This document shows positions 1 to 10,802 of a DNA stretch of 64,000 nt, piece after piece. Position numbers and translations under genes: made by a program. This DNA comes from a virus. Below the pieces are notes generated by a model that was given only the letters and a program-made list of their open reading frames with translations, was not told where the DNA came from and ran no database searches. Location: positions 32,001 to 96,000 of IMG/VR virus record IMGVR_UViG_3300017917_001112; one strand, 5' to 3'. Each line of letters starts with the position of its first letter. Position 1 is the first letter of the stretch.

Positions 1-1
1 T

Positions 2-2020
2 GCTCGTGCAAGAGCATTAAAATCAGGACAAGATGTTCAAGATGGATATGGTAATACAACAACTGAATTATACAAAAATGGATATGCTTCGCTAGAAGGA
101 GATCCGCCAAAAACATTACCTCAAAATGTGCCAGCTGGTGTTGATGCAAATACTGTGCCGATTGGTGAAAAGAATCCTGATGGTACAGTTTCTAATGGTG
201 GACCAGGAGTTCCACAGTTTGGTTTTAAAGATCCATTCAACAAATATCCATTAAAAGAATTATTAAACGAACCAGACACAAATCGTTTGGCTAGACATGA
301 ACAAGTATCTAAAACAATTGTTGGTTTAAAAGATTCAACAAGAACTACAAAAGTTCCAGTGGCAATTACTAAAGCAACTTGGAACCAACCAGAATCGCCA
401 TATAATGCAATTTATCCATACAATCATGTGTACCAATCAGAATCTGGACACGTGCAAGAATGGGACGACACACCAAACAATGAGCGAATTCACACTTATC
501 ACACCAAAGGCACTTTTACTGAAGTAGATGCTAATGGCACACAAGTAAATCGTATTGTTGGAGATGGCTATTATGTTGTTGATAGAAATGGATATTTGTA
601 CATTAAAGGCGCATATAATCTAACAGTTGATGGATCTACTAATGTTTTCTTTAGAAGTGATGCTAACATTGAAGTAACAGGCGATGCTAAAATCTATGCT
701 AAGAACAACGTAGATATGCGTGTTTCTGGAAAAATGGATTTGTCCGTTTTAGAAGATTTAAACATCAGATGTAAAAATTTCAATTTAGAAACTGTTGAAT
801 CTGCTAATGTAAATACTACTACAACATTAAATTTATTGTCTAAACAAGATACGAATATCGTATCTAAACAAAATTTATTTTTAACAACTACACAAAACAC
901 AAATATCAAAGCCAAAGGTAACTTGTTTTTGACTAGTAACCTTTCGACAAACTTTAAAGTTAAAAGTATTCTTAACATAACAGCAGACAAAAACATAAAC
1001 ATGCGTTCAGAAGACGACATGAACATTGCTTGTTTCTCTATTTTAAATATTCGTGGCTCTGCTGTTGCGACACGTGCTAATCAGCGTTTTGATATTAGTT
1101 CTGGTACAAATGTGAATATTGTTGGTTCTGGTAGAATTGGTTTAAACTCTGGTGGACTTGGCGCATTACCACCACAGAGTATTACTACTGCTTCTGAAGC
1201 AACTGATGCTACTGAAGTAGATGTTACAGATTTAGAAGAAGCAGAAGCAAGAGAAACTCCAGTAAATTCTAAGTTTGAGCACTTAGCATTACCACCAAGA
1301 GGTGCTTCTGCAGCAACACAATTCGAGGCTCCAGAAGATGGCGATCCAACTGCATTCGTAGAAGGAAAAAGACAGAGAGGTGATATGCCACCAACAGACC
1401 AAAAACCAAAAGAAGTTGAGGGTTCACCAAAACCACAAGGAATACCACCAGAGGGTAAAGCTGTAACTTGTGAAGCATTTAAAGATATGACAGAATTCCC
1501 ACTGAATACTAAATTGTCAGACAATTTCTATCTTGGCGACTTCGTTCCAGGTGGTGGTAAAGGATACATCAATGGCGCAACTTTACCGCATAAATTACAA
1601 GACCAAGCAGGTTTAACTAAAGCGCAAATTATATGTAATTTAAAAGCATTGGCACAAAATACTATGGAAGCAATTATTAAAATTGTTCCGAAATCAGACA
1701 TAATTATCACTTCTGGTTATCGACAACTTGGTTTACTTGGTGTTGAAAGCGCAACATCACAGCATCCAAGAGGTATGGCTTGCGATATTGTATTAAGAAA
1801 ATCAGCAACTGATCGTAAAAAACATCATGATTTGATACAAGAAATTGCTGCTAAAGTTCCACACGATCAGTTAATTTTAGAATATCAGGATCCAAATGTA
1901 GTATGGATTCATGTATCATACAATGGACAGGGCAATCAAAGAAAACAAGATTTTACTATGAACAATCACAAGACTTATGCTGGAACATATCCAAATGGTG
2001 GTCATAAACTAATCGTATAA
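2..2020 (+). CDS. gp5: Baseplate hub/central spike protein (gp5-like), 5'-truncated, with C-terminal M15-type Zn peptidase domain
   Basis: Frame is open from position 2, so the track start at 128 is internal. Gp5 motif YPYNHVYQSESGHVQEWDDTPNNERIHTYHTKGTF is followed by beta-helix-like repeats. C-terminus has SGYR...SQH..GMACDI...WIHVS (peptidase M15 pattern). Lies upstream of PAAR/gp25/gp6. Confidence 0.88.
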   Translation, partial: ARARALKSGQDVQDGYGNTTTELYKNGYASLEGDPPKTLPQNVPAGVDANTVPIGEKNPDGTVSNGGPGVPQFGFKDPFNKYPLKELLNEPDTNRLARHEQVSKTIVGLKDSTRTTKVPVAITKATWNQPESPYNAIYPYNHVYQSESGHVQEWDDTPNNERIHTYHTKGTFTEVDANGTQVNRIVGDGYYVVDRNGYLYIKGAYNLTVDGSTNVFFRSDANIEVTGDAKIYAKNNVDMRVSGKMDLSVLEDLNIRCKNFNLETVESANVNTTTTLNLLSKQDTNIVSKQNLFLTTTQNTNIKAKGNLFLTSNLSTNFKVKSILNITADKNINMRSEDDMNIACFSILNIRGSAVATRANQRFDISSGTNVNIVGSGRIGLNSGGLGALPPQSITTASEATDATEVDVTDLEEAEARETPVNSKFEHLALPPRGASAATQFEAPEDGDPTAFVEGKRQRGDMPPTDQKPKEVEGSPKPQGIPPEGKAVTCEAFKDMTEFPLNTKLSDNFYLGDFVPGGGKGYINGATLPHKLQDQAGLTKAQIICNLKALAQNTMEAIIKIVPKSDIIITSGYRQLGLLGVESATSQHPRGMACDIVLRKSATDRKKHHDLIQEIAAKVPHDQLILEYQDPNVVWIHVSYNGQGNQRKQDFTMNNHKTYAGTYPNGGHKLIV

Positions 2021-2023
2021 TAT

Positions 2024-2293
2024 ATGGCAAAAGTAGCATTACAAGGAATCTCGACAGTTGGTGCAGGTGTTCTACTTGGGAACATTAGCGCAGGTGTATT
2101 TGTAAATGATAGAATACCAGGAGTCGTTGGAACAAGAGCTGCTTCTCATGGTAGAGCACCACATAATGCGTCAGTAATAACTCAAGGAAATCCTCGTGTT
2201 TTTGTTGGAAATATTCCTCTGTCTTTTGAGGGTGCTGCAACAAGTTGTGGTGATCCAGTAACGAATGGGTCTGCAGATGTTACTGTTGGATAA
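2024..2293 (+). CDS. PAAR-like spike tip protein (gp5.4-like)
   Basis: 89 aa directly after gp5. Repeated V(F)V.. segments and H..H/SCG putative Zn ligands, ending GSADVTVG. Confidence 0.8.
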   Translation: MAKVALQGISTVGAGVLLGNISAGVFVNDRIPGVVGTRAASHGRAPHNASVITQGNPRVFVGNIPLSFEGAATSCGDPVTNGSADVTVG

Positions 2294-2299
2294 AAATCA

Positions 2300-2629
2300 A
2301 TGTCAATTAAAGAACTTGATGATCAAAAGAAAAACTTTGTTAAAACATATACCGCAAGGGAGTTGTTTGACTTAGTATTTACAGACTATAAAAATGCACC
2401 ATCCGAGTTGGCTAAGATTCCAAACTTAGAAAATTTGGCTAAACAAAGAGTTTCCCAGTTGGTAAATGCAACTGGTATTCCTCCCAAAGTTATTGAAGAC
2501 TTTTTTGAAATTGTTCAGGAAGTTAAAATTGAAGCAGTAATTATTCAGGAAGAAGCAGCAGCTACTGCTGCAGCAGCAGAAGCAGCAGCATCAAGTTCTG
2601 GTGGTGACTCAGGTGGTGGTGGTGGATAA
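2300..2629 (+). CDS. Hypothetical protein with Ala/Ser/Gly low-complexity tail
   Basis: ORF fills the gap between PAAR and gp25; ends EEAAATAAAAEAAASSSGGDSGGGGG. Confidence 0.65.
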   Translation: MSIKELDDQKKNFVKTYTARELFDLVFTDYKNAPSELAKIPNLENLAKQRVSQLVNATGIPPKVIEDFFEIVQEVKIEAVIIQEEAAATAAAAEAAASSSGGDSGGGGG

Positions 2630-2632
2630 ACG

Positions 2633-2640
2633 AATAAATA
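2633..2640 (+). promoter_or_regulatory. Putative T4-type late promoter (AATAAATA)
   Basis: One mismatch to the gp55 consensus TATAAATA, intergenic just before gp25. Confidence 0.55.
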
Positions 2641-2646
2641 ACAAAT

Positions 2647-3048
2647 ATGGCTACAATTAACAGAACAACTCAAATATTTAGAGATTTCGATCTCGCATTT
2701 GCAGCGCACCCAAACACTAAAGATTTAGCAGTAAAGCGCAATCAAGATGCAGTTAAGCAGTCTCTTAAAAACTTAATTCAAACTCAATATTTTGAGAGAC
2801 CATTTCACAGTGAAATTGGTTCTCCTGTTAGAGCACTATTATTTGAGTTGGCAACACCACTAACAACCAACGCAATTAGACGTGGAATTATCGATGTTAT
2901 TTCTAACTTTGAACCGAGAGTTCGTCTCGAAGATGTTCAAGTTCTTATGAGAGATGAAACTAATGAATGTGACATTTCAATCACTTATTCTGTTGTTGGT
3001 TTACAAACTTTAGAACAACTTGACATAACATTAGAGAGAACAAGATAA
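2647..3048 (+). CDS. gp25: Baseplate wedge subunit gp25
   Basis: FRDFDLAF..HP...DL...AVKQSLKNLI.T..ERPF..IGS...LFE...FEPRV motif; synteny. Confidence 0.93.
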   Translation: MATINRTTQIFRDFDLAFAAHPNTKDLAVKRNQDAVKQSLKNLIQTQYFERPFHSEIGSPVRALLFELATPLTTNAIRRGIIDVISNFEPRVRLEDVQVLMRDETNECDISITYSVVGLQTLEQLDITLERTR

Positions 3049-3049
3049 A

Positions 3050-4816
3050 ATGGCTGACTCAACAAAACTTAGAGTAACAGAATTAGACTTCGATGCAATT
3101 AAAAATAATCTTAAAGATTATTTACAATCACAAACAGAATTTACTGATTATGATTTCGAAGGCTCTGCCCTATCAAATCTTTTAGATTTACTTGCATATA
3201 ACACACACTATAATGCTGTATATGCAAACTTTGTTGCCAACGAAATGTTTTTGGATACAGCATCAAAAAGATCTTCTGTTGTATCATTGGCAAAACATTT
3301 TGGTTATACACCAAGATCTATTCGTTCTCCAAAAGCAAGGATTAATTTATCTGTTGTAACAACAGGAGCACCACAGTCTTTATTATTACCAATCAACACT
3401 CCATTCGTAACGACTATTGATGGGATTGACTATACTTTTTATAATCGTAGTAATATTATTGTATCTCCCACATCAACAAATAATTTTACATTTTCTAATA
3501 TAGAAATTGTTGAGGGAACACCATTGTCATATAGATTTACTGTAGCGAATGGACAAAAAACTTTTATTTTACCAAACCTAAACATAGATACAACAACATT
3601 AACAGTTGAAGTGCAAAACAGCATTTCTGATGCAACAAGAACAACATACTCATTAGCTGAGGATATTGTTGCTGTATCTTCAACAGATACTATGTATTTT
3701 CTAGAAGAAACACGTGATGGTTTCTATCAGATGGTATTTGGTGACGACAATATTGGTAAAGCATTGGCTGATGGTAATATAATAAATGTTACATATTTAA
3801 TTTCAAATGGAAAAAAATCAAATAACGCTACTTCATTTACGCTTGGTAGTTCTGCTGGTTTTACTATCTCATCAGCAACAATAACACTTGCGCAAAAAGC
3901 TGCTGGTGGTAAAGATGCAGAAACAGTTGATTCTATTCGTTATAATGCTTCAAGATTTTTCACATCACAAAATCGTGCTGTTACTGCTGAGGATTATAAA
4001 AATATTATTTTAGCAGAATATTCAGACATTGATGCAATTTCGGCATGGGGTGGTGATGAAAATGATCCACCAATTTACGGAAAAGTTTTCATTAGTGCTA
4101 AACCAACAAATGGAACAACTCTATCTAATGAACTAAAAACAGAATTGGGAAGAATTTTACAAAAGAAAAATGTTGTTGGTATTACACCAGAGTTTGTTGA
4201 TCCAGAAATTTTATATCTAACAGTAGATACAAAATATTATTTTGATCCATCCAAATCAACACAACAAGAATCAACAATTACAGCAAATATAATTTCTGCA
4301 ATTAAACAATACAGAGATGCATATTTGGACAATTTTGATTCTATTTTTAGAAGAAGTAAATTCAGCAGAGCTGTTGATTACACAAACAAAGCAATTTTAA
4401 ACAGCAACACAGATATTAAGTTGTTTAAAATTTTAAAAGTAAATACAGAAAATCCAGTAAATTATACAATAAATTTTGTTAATCCAATCAAAAACATAAC
4501 AAGCACTGCGTTTAGATTGTTTAATGATTCAGAATTGTATTACATAGAAGATGATGGAATCGGTAATATTAGAAGATTTCATTACAGCAATAATCAAAAA
4601 ATTTTTGATTCACTAACATTTGGTACGATTAATTATGAATTAGGAACAATTAAAATTCCTACTGTTGCTATTTCATTATTAACAGATAATTGTAAAATTT
4701 TCGCTGAACCAAAACTGCAAGATGTGGTGTCATTAAGAAATCAAATTATTACAATTTTAGACTCTGACATTATTGTCGAAGGCATCGCTGATACAAGAAA
4801 ACCATTGGTACGATAA
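3050..4816 (+). CDS. gp6: Baseplate wedge subunit gp6
   Basis: ELDFDAIK.NL...FTDYDFEGSALS.LLDLLAYNTHYNA and QNRAVTAEDY motifs. Confidence 0.95.
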   Translation: MADSTKLRVTELDFDAIKNNLKDYLQSQTEFTDYDFEGSALSNLLDLLAYNTHYNAVYANFVANEMFLDTASKRSSVVSLAKHFGYTPRSIRSPKARINLSVVTTGAPQSLLLPINTPFVTTIDGIDYTFYNRSNIIVSPTSTNNFTFSNIEIVEGTPLSYRFTVANGQKTFILPNLNIDTTTLTVEVQNSISDATRTTYSLAEDIVAVSSTDTMYFLEETRDGFYQMVFGDDNIGKALADGNIINVTYLISNGKKSNNATSFTLGSSAGFTISSATITLAQKAAGGKDAETVDSIRYNASRFFTSQNRAVTAEDYKNIILAEYSDIDAISAWGGDENDPPIYGKVFISAKPTNGTTLSNELKTELGRILQKKNVVGITPEFVDPEILYLTVDTKYYFDPSKSTQQESTITANIISAIKQYRDAYLDNFDSIFRRSKFSRAVDYTNKAILNSNTDIKLFKILKVNTENPVNYTINFVNPIKNITSTAFRLFNDSELYYIEDDGIGNIRRFHYSNNQKIFDSLTFGTINYELGTIKIPTVAISLLTDNCKIFAEPKLQDVVSLRNQIITILDSDIIVEGIADTRKPLVR

Positions 4817-7800
4817 ATGACTATCGCTAAAGTAAATCCATCAGTAGTTGTTGATTATCAAGCACCTGAGTTTATTCGCTCAGATTATGCTAAGTTTATC
4901 ACATTCTTACAAAAATATTATCAATACTTAGAACAATCTGATAAAGCACTTGGTGTTATTAGAAATCTAGAAACATATAATGACATCGATGAACAAGACG
5001 ATGATGATATTGTTACTACATTTTATACATTGTTTTTACCAGACTTTCCTCAAGTATTAAAAGCAGATAAGAAATTTGTTCTTAAAAACATTGTTGAGTT
5101 TTACAACTCAAAGGGTTCTATTGACTCGGTTAAATCTTTCTTTAGAATTTTATATGGTGAAGAAATAGAAGTATATCTACCAAAAGTAGATGTATTAAAA
5201 TTAAATGCTGGTATTTGGACAAAAGTATTTAAAATTAAGATATACAATCTTTCTTCTGGAACAATAGACAAACTTTTAAATTCTGAAATTTATCAGATCG
5301 ATTCAGTAAATGGAAACATTACTGTAAGAGCAAGAGTAGTTGATTATGATCCACTTGATAGCGTTCTGTATTTAACTGCTGACAATGTAATTTTAAATTT
5401 CTCATCATCTTCTGTTGTTTATGCTATAAACAGCGAAGGAACTTCCGTAACATTTAATTTAAGAACACAACTATCAGAAACATCAATAACATATACAGGT
5501 CTTGGTTATATTCCAGGCGATGATGCAATTCTGTCAACTTCAGTTTCTAATACTGAGGATATTAAAGTTGATGGTATTTCCGCTGGCTATGTTCAAGATA
5601 TAGTTTTAGAAAATGCAGGTGACAATTATTCTATTTTTGATACTATTTCTTTTGGCACATTAAATGCTGGCGATAGAGCAGCTACTGCTAAAATTGCTAG
5701 AACAATTAACAAAGATGTTGTTTCCGAAATAGGTGATGTTAATTGGGTAGATTCAGAAGATAGAATTGTGTATGAAGATGGATTTGAATTGAGACAAGAG
5801 ATGGGCAATTTTGGTTCAGAAATCTCAACACCAAATTTAAAACTTTCTGACGAAACTACAACAAATATAAACACAGGATCAATATCTTCTTCTGAATTTG
5901 GATTTTTGTTAGAGCAACAGGGCGATGAAGTTATAACTTATTCAAGAGCATCATACACATATAATCAGGGATTATTCAGAGCAATTATTCCAAGAATTGG
6001 TTCTACATCAAACTATTCAATCAATTGGGCAAGAAATGAAGGCATTGCTGTTGAGTTGATTGATGAGGAACTTTGGGTTGGTACAAATCAATGCACAACA
6101 GGAACACCATCTTGTCCAGGAACTGTTATTATTGAGTTTGATACAGAGACAGATTATAACGCATTAGACAGAATTGAAGCAACAAATAGATCTACAGTAA
6201 ATGCACCAATTGTATCAACTCTAACTTCAAAATCAACAGACACAAAAATTTTAGATCAAAAAATTGGTGGTCTTTCAGAAACACAACAAATTGGTGTATA
6301 TAAATTCGGACAAGAAACACTTTCTCCATTATACCCATTTTCTGAATCAGATATTGTTAGAGACAGACCTATTGTTTACATTCGTGAAAGAAACACATTA
6401 TATGGTCATGACTTAAACACAACAAGACCATGGGAATATAAATTTATTTTTAAAAAGAACATAAAGGTTAATCTTAAAATTTTTATAATGCCAGTGCAAT
6501 ATGACATAAGAGCAATACAAATTTTAGATGAAGATGGCAGTGATTATATTTCTGAAACAAGTTCCAATGATACTTTTATTTTAGAAAACTCGGAACAAAC
6601 AATTAATGTAAAAAACTTTGATCCTCTAACAGATGTTTCCTCAAATCAAATAACAATTGCAAATCATCCATATAAACAAGGAGAAATTGTTCGTTTTAAT
6701 ACGACAGAGGGTTCTAGTATTATGGGTGGTGCAACCGATGGCGAATTATTTTATGCGCATATTGTTAATGCAAATACAATTAAACTTATTCCATATGGTA
6801 GAGAAAATTTACATTATCAATTATTCAGAACAATTACGCCAGCAGCAAGTTCTGGTGTAAATACAATTTGTTCTTTTGTTGGAGCGCATGTTACTAATGG
6901 TGTTGATTATACATCAAATGATGTTGAACAATCTGCCATTTCAATTTATGCAAGAAAGCGTTCATGTGGATCAAGAGATCTAGATCTAAAATATAATTTA
7001 GATCCAAACATCCCAGTAGATTCTGTTACCAATTTAAAAACAACATATCCATATACTGTTGATAATAAAGTTTATCTTTATCAGTCTATTAATGAAAATG
7101 TTGACTACATTATTTTAGAACGTGCAGATTTTGCAACTAGTGACCAAGTAAATTTAGAATTTGAAATTGATAAAAGAAGCGACAATGAAGCAGAAGGTTA
7201 TGTTACATATCCATATCTTGCTATGGAAACTTCTTCCACAGCAATTGTTCCTCACAATGATGAAATTGAAATTCCAGATTTTAATTCTGTTCGTGTTATG
7301 ATTGAGCGTAAATCTTTACAATCAGTAGATGACATTAATCGTGGTGAGCAAAGATTATTTAAATCATGGGATGACTATGCAGAAATAAGCCCAGCTCAAG
7401 AATTGTTTCATGTTGCACAACCAGTTTACAATGATGAATATGGTGAAACTCCATATTTAACAGTAGCATATCCAACAAATACATCAGATTATGTTTCTGG
7501 TCCATCCGAATTTTCAAATATTGGATCAACCGTAATGATCGCTTCATCTAAAAATAACTCAGTATATTTTACAGATGGTACTGGTGTTGGATCTTTCAAA
7601 TTTGCAGCAGAGTTCGAAGAACAAAGAAGAATTAGTATTATTGAACAAGAATATTACGACAATGTGCCATCATTAGTTACATCGGAAAATGGTCCACTGG
7701 GACAAACTTCTTCTAGTTCTGGCGCATATAAATCTAATGCGAAAAGATATTTTACTATTGGATTTTCATTGCCAGAAGAGTTAAATGTTTATTTTGATTT

Positions 7801-10800
7801 ACCCTTTGAAGTAAATTTAAGAAATATTATCGACAGTTTACCTCATACTACATCTACAATTAAACGTGATACTAGAGAATATATTTCTACTGAAGATACA
7901 GCGTTTAGAGGAGAGTCTGTTTACCTTGCGGAAGATGGAGAATATTTGGCATATGAAATAAATGATGATGGTTTTAATTCACTTGCTGAAGGCAATCTAT
8001 CAATTTTAGAACCAACTATAATGATTGAATTCTTTTCTCCTTCTCTACCATCAACAGATCCAAAAAAACATGTTGTGTATTATGGAAATAAAGCTGAGTA
8101 TACTAAAATATCAAGCGATGTGCAAAGAACAACATATCAATTTTTAAATTGTTGGTCACCAAATTCAATAGTAGTTCCAGACACAACAATTAGAGATTAT
8201 ACTGTATCAATTAGATCATTACATAAAACAGATACTATTATTGAAAAACTTTCTGATAATAGAATGTTAGTAGTAGATCCATCTACGTCAGTTCTTAATG
8301 GTGCATATGTTTCCCCATTCGTTAGAGATTTATATATTCGCAAGGGCGAAAACGATTACGGCAAATACATTAAGTTTTACTCAAATCAAACTGATGCAAT
8401 AGCAGACACAAATTCAATTGTTCCTTTCTCTTTAGGAACAAGTTTTGGTTCTAATTTTGATGGAAATGAATTGTTTTATAATCCTATTGTTTCTGGAAAT
8501 ACTGTTGCTTCAGCAGTAAGTAATCCTGTAAACAAATCATTCAATGGTATGACCACTGAGAATAATATTTCAATATCAAGATATTTTGATCCAGCATCAG
8601 ATGTTACAACAGGAACACCTGGAAGTATTACTATTCAAAATCATGGTTTTGCTGATGGTTCATGGGTAAGATTTAGAGCAGATTTTAATGGGACAACACC
8701 AACAGGATTAACTGATGATACAACATATTATATTAAAGTTATAAATTCTAACACAATTAGATTAGCAACATCCAAAGATAATTATAATTCTTCTACATTT
8801 GTGAACATAACTGCATTTGGTTCAACTGGTAAAACTTGTTCTCTTCAAACAATACCACAGTCTTTCACATATAATTCAATCAAAGAAAATTCATTTGATA
8901 CAAGAAAATATATTGACAATGTACAAATTATTTCAGTTGATACAGTATCAGGTATTTTAACAACAGCCTCAAATCATACATTGAGAAGTTTAAGCACTTT
9001 AGTTTACAATACATCAGGAACTCCAATAGGTGGATTAGTTGCTGGTAAAACTTATTATGCAATATTTGTTACCGAAACTCAATTGAGATTAGCAGAATCT
9101 AAGAATGATGCTCTTCTTTCAATTTATGTACCAGTAACATCTGCTGGAACAGGAACACATGTTATTGAAATTGATGGTTCTAATGGTAACATGCTTGCTA
9201 ATTCAGCTACAAAAGAGCAGTTCTTCTATACACCAAACTACAAAAATTATTTTAAAAATGGTGATGAAGTAGAATTTAGACAACAAAGAGTATTAAGTCC
9301 AGGAATTGTTTCTGGGCAAACTATGTATGTTAAAGATTCAATAAGCACAGGATCTCAAGAACATTTTACGCTAACTACAAATTCTAATGGAACAACAATA
9401 AACTTTGGAACTGCAACAACAAATGCTGCAGGTGTTAACACCTCAACTGATATAATCACTGCATCAAATCATGGTTTCTACACTGGCGAAGAATTGACAT
9501 ACTCAAGCAGCGGAACTTCTATTCAAACTGCTAGTGGCAATTTACCATCAACTGTTTATGTTATTCGTTTAAGCGCATCAACATTTAAAGTTGCCTCTAG
9601 TTCTGAAAATTCATTGGTTGGAACTCCGATTAATCTTACAGGAGCAGGTAGTGGTACACATTATTTTTATAGAACAAACATAACAACTGCTTCAGAAATC
9701 GCTGAGGTAATTCCTCTGTCAACTAGATCGAATGTTAATATGGCATTGAATCCCTCAACTACAGGTACTGGTTATGAAGAGTTTACAATTATGTTTTCAG
9801 ATTCTCTACAAACAGAAACAGGTGTTATTGACAACATCGTATTAACATCTCCTGGATCTTACAAAAGAATACCAGAAATGTCGATTGATGTTGGTCCAAG
9901 AAATGGATCTGGTGCAGTTTTGTATCCAATCATCAAAGACATTGGAAAATTAAGATCTCTAGAAATTTTGGATGGTGGTTTACATTCTACAAATAGAACT
10001 CTATTATTACCAGCCACATTTATTGGAACAACAGCAACTGGAACATTTACTATTGGTGAAACAGTTAAAGTTGGATTGACCGAAGTTGGAACATTGGTTT
10101 CAGTAATTGGAAGATATTATAAAGTTAAACCAAATGGTGGTGCCACAATAATTACATTTGGTGATACAATTACAGGAGTAACATCTGGAGCAACTGTTGT
10201 TGTTGGAAGAAATTATACAATTACTGCTGTAACTATTTCTTCTGCAGCAGCATTTACTACTAGCGAAAAACACTACATTGCAAGAGGCGATAAAGTTAAA
10301 ATATCTGGTTTAGCCACTCAAGGTGTCGCGAATGGAATATACTATGCTTCGCCAATTAATGATACACAATTTAGATTATACACCGATTCTTCACTATCTA
10401 CAATCGTCGGAACAAACGCACCAGCATATGTAAGTGGTGGTTCAATTATTGTTGGTCTTTACATAGCAGATGCAATTGCATCTCCTGGATCAATTACGTC
10501 ATCAACAGCCAACGGATCGACTGTCAATTACGAGGGCGATAAACAGTTGCTTAACACAACAATGAAACTGCAGGATTCATACTATTATCAAGATTATTCA
10601 TATGTTGTAAGAGGTTCTAATACATTCGATAACTGGAAACCATATTTTAACAGATTGGTTCATCCAGCAGGCATGGCTGTATTTGGAGAGGTTGATTACT
10701 TTATGACAAGTAAAGCCAATGAAAAACTAGGTAATACAGAGGTTACTGGAAGTTCAATAAATAATACAAGCACTGCAATCATAACAGAGATGACTACATA

Positions 10801-10801
10801 A
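4817..10801 (+). CDS. gp7: Baseplate wedge initiator gp7-like protein, enlarged (1994 aa)
   Basis: N-terminal PEFIR..Y.KFITFL..YY and FYNSKGS..S.K.FFRILYGE; C-terminal LQDSYYYQDYSYVV....LVHPAGM. Lies between gp6 and gp8. Confidence 0.8.
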   Translation: MTIAKVNPSVVVDYQAPEFIRSDYAKFITFLQKYYQYLEQSDKALGVIRNLETYNDIDEQDDDDIVTTFYTLFLPDFPQVLKADKKFVLKNIVEFYNSKGSIDSVKSFFRILYGEEIEVYLPKVDVLKLNAGIWTKVFKIKIYNLSSGTIDKLLNSEIYQIDSVNGNITVRARVVDYDPLDSVLYLTADNVILNFSSSSVVYAINSEGTSVTFNLRTQLSETSITYTGLGYIPGDDAILSTSVSNTEDIKVDGISAGYVQDIVLENAGDNYSIFDTISFGTLNAGDRAATAKIARTINKDVVSEIGDVNWVDSEDRIVYEDGFELRQEMGNFGSEISTPNLKLSDETTTNINTGSISSSEFGFLLEQQGDEVITYSRASYTYNQGLFRAIIPRIGSTSNYSINWARNEGIAVELIDEELWVGTNQCTTGTPSCPGTVIIEFDTETDYNALDRIEATNRSTVNAPIVSTLTSKSTDTKILDQKIGGLSETQQIGVYKFGQETLSPLYPFSESDIVRDRPIVYIRERNTLYGHDLNTTRPWEYKFIFKKNIKVNLKIFIMPVQYDIRAIQILDEDGSDYISETSSNDTFILENSEQTINVKNFDPLTDVSSNQITIANHPYKQGEIVRFNTTEGSSIMGGATDGELFYAHIVNANTIKLIPYGRENLHYQLFRTITPAASSGVNTICSFVGAHVTNGVDYTSNDVEQSAISIYARKRSCGSRDLDLKYNLDPNIPVDSVTNLKTTYPYTVDNKVYLYQSINENVDYIILERADFATSDQVNLEFEIDKRSDNEAEGYVTYPYLAMETSSTAIVPHNDEIEIPDFNSVRVMIERKSLQSVDDINRGEQRLFKSWDDYAEISPAQELFHVAQPVYNDEYGETPYLTVAYPTNTSDYVSGPSEFSNIGSTVMIASSKNNSVYFTDGTGVGSFKFAAEFEEQRRISIIEQEYYDNVPSLVTSENGPLGQTSSSSGAYKSNAKRYFTIGFSLPEELNVYFDLPFEVNLRNIIDSLPHTTSTIKRDTREYISTEDTAFRGESVYLAEDGEYLAYEINDDGFNSLAEGNLSILEPTIMIEFFSPSLPSTDPKKHVVYYGNKAEYTKISSDVQRTTYQFLNCWSPNSIVVPDTTIRDYTVSIRSLHKTDTIIEKLSDNRMLVVDPSTSVLNGAYVSPFVRDLYIRKGENDYGKYIKFYSNQTDAIADTNSIVPFSLGTSFGSNFDGNELFYNPIVSGNTVASAVSNPVNKSFNGMTTENNISISRYFDPASDVTTGTPGSITIQNHGFADGSWVRFRADFNGTTPTGLTDDTTYYIKVINSNTIRLATSKDNYNSSTFVNITAFGSTGKTCSLQTIPQSFTYNSIKENSFDTRKYIDNVQIISVDTVSGILTTASNHTLRSLSTLVYNTSGTPIGGLVAGKTYYAIFVTETQLRLAESKNDALLSIYVPVTSAGTGTHVIEIDGSNGNMLANSATKEQFFYTPNYKNYFKNGDEVEFRQQRVLSPGIVSGQTMYVKDSISTGSQEHFTLTTNSNGTTINFGTATTNAAGVNTSTDIITASNHGFYTGEELTYSSSGTSIQTASGNLPSTVYVIRLSASTFKVASSSENSLVGTPINLTGAGSGTHYFYRTNITTASEIAEVIPLSTRSNVNMALNPSTTGTGYEEFTIMFSDSLQTETGVIDNIVLTSPGSYKRIPEMSIDVGPRNGSGAVLYPIIKDIGKLRSLEILDGGLHSTNRTLLLPATFIGTTATGTFTIGETVKVGLTEVGTLVSVIGRYYKVKPNGGATIITFGDTITGVTSGATVVVGRNYTITAVTISSAAAFTTSEKHYIARGDKVKISGLATQGVANGIYYASPINDTQFRLYTDSSLSTIVGTNAPAYVSGGSIIVGLYIADAIASPGSITSSTANGSTVNYEGDKQLLNTTMKLQDSYYYQDYSYVVRGSNTFDNWKPYFNRLVHPAGMAVFGEVDYFMTSKANEKLGNTEVTGSSINNTSTAIITEMTT

Positions 10802-10802
10802 A

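Noticed and set aside
128-130. ORF-track starts at 128, 44057, 49779, 52280, 58829, 61620 and 63358
   Set aside because: gp5 is open upstream of 128. For the others, downstream ATGs with an RBS or stop/start coupling are better supported.
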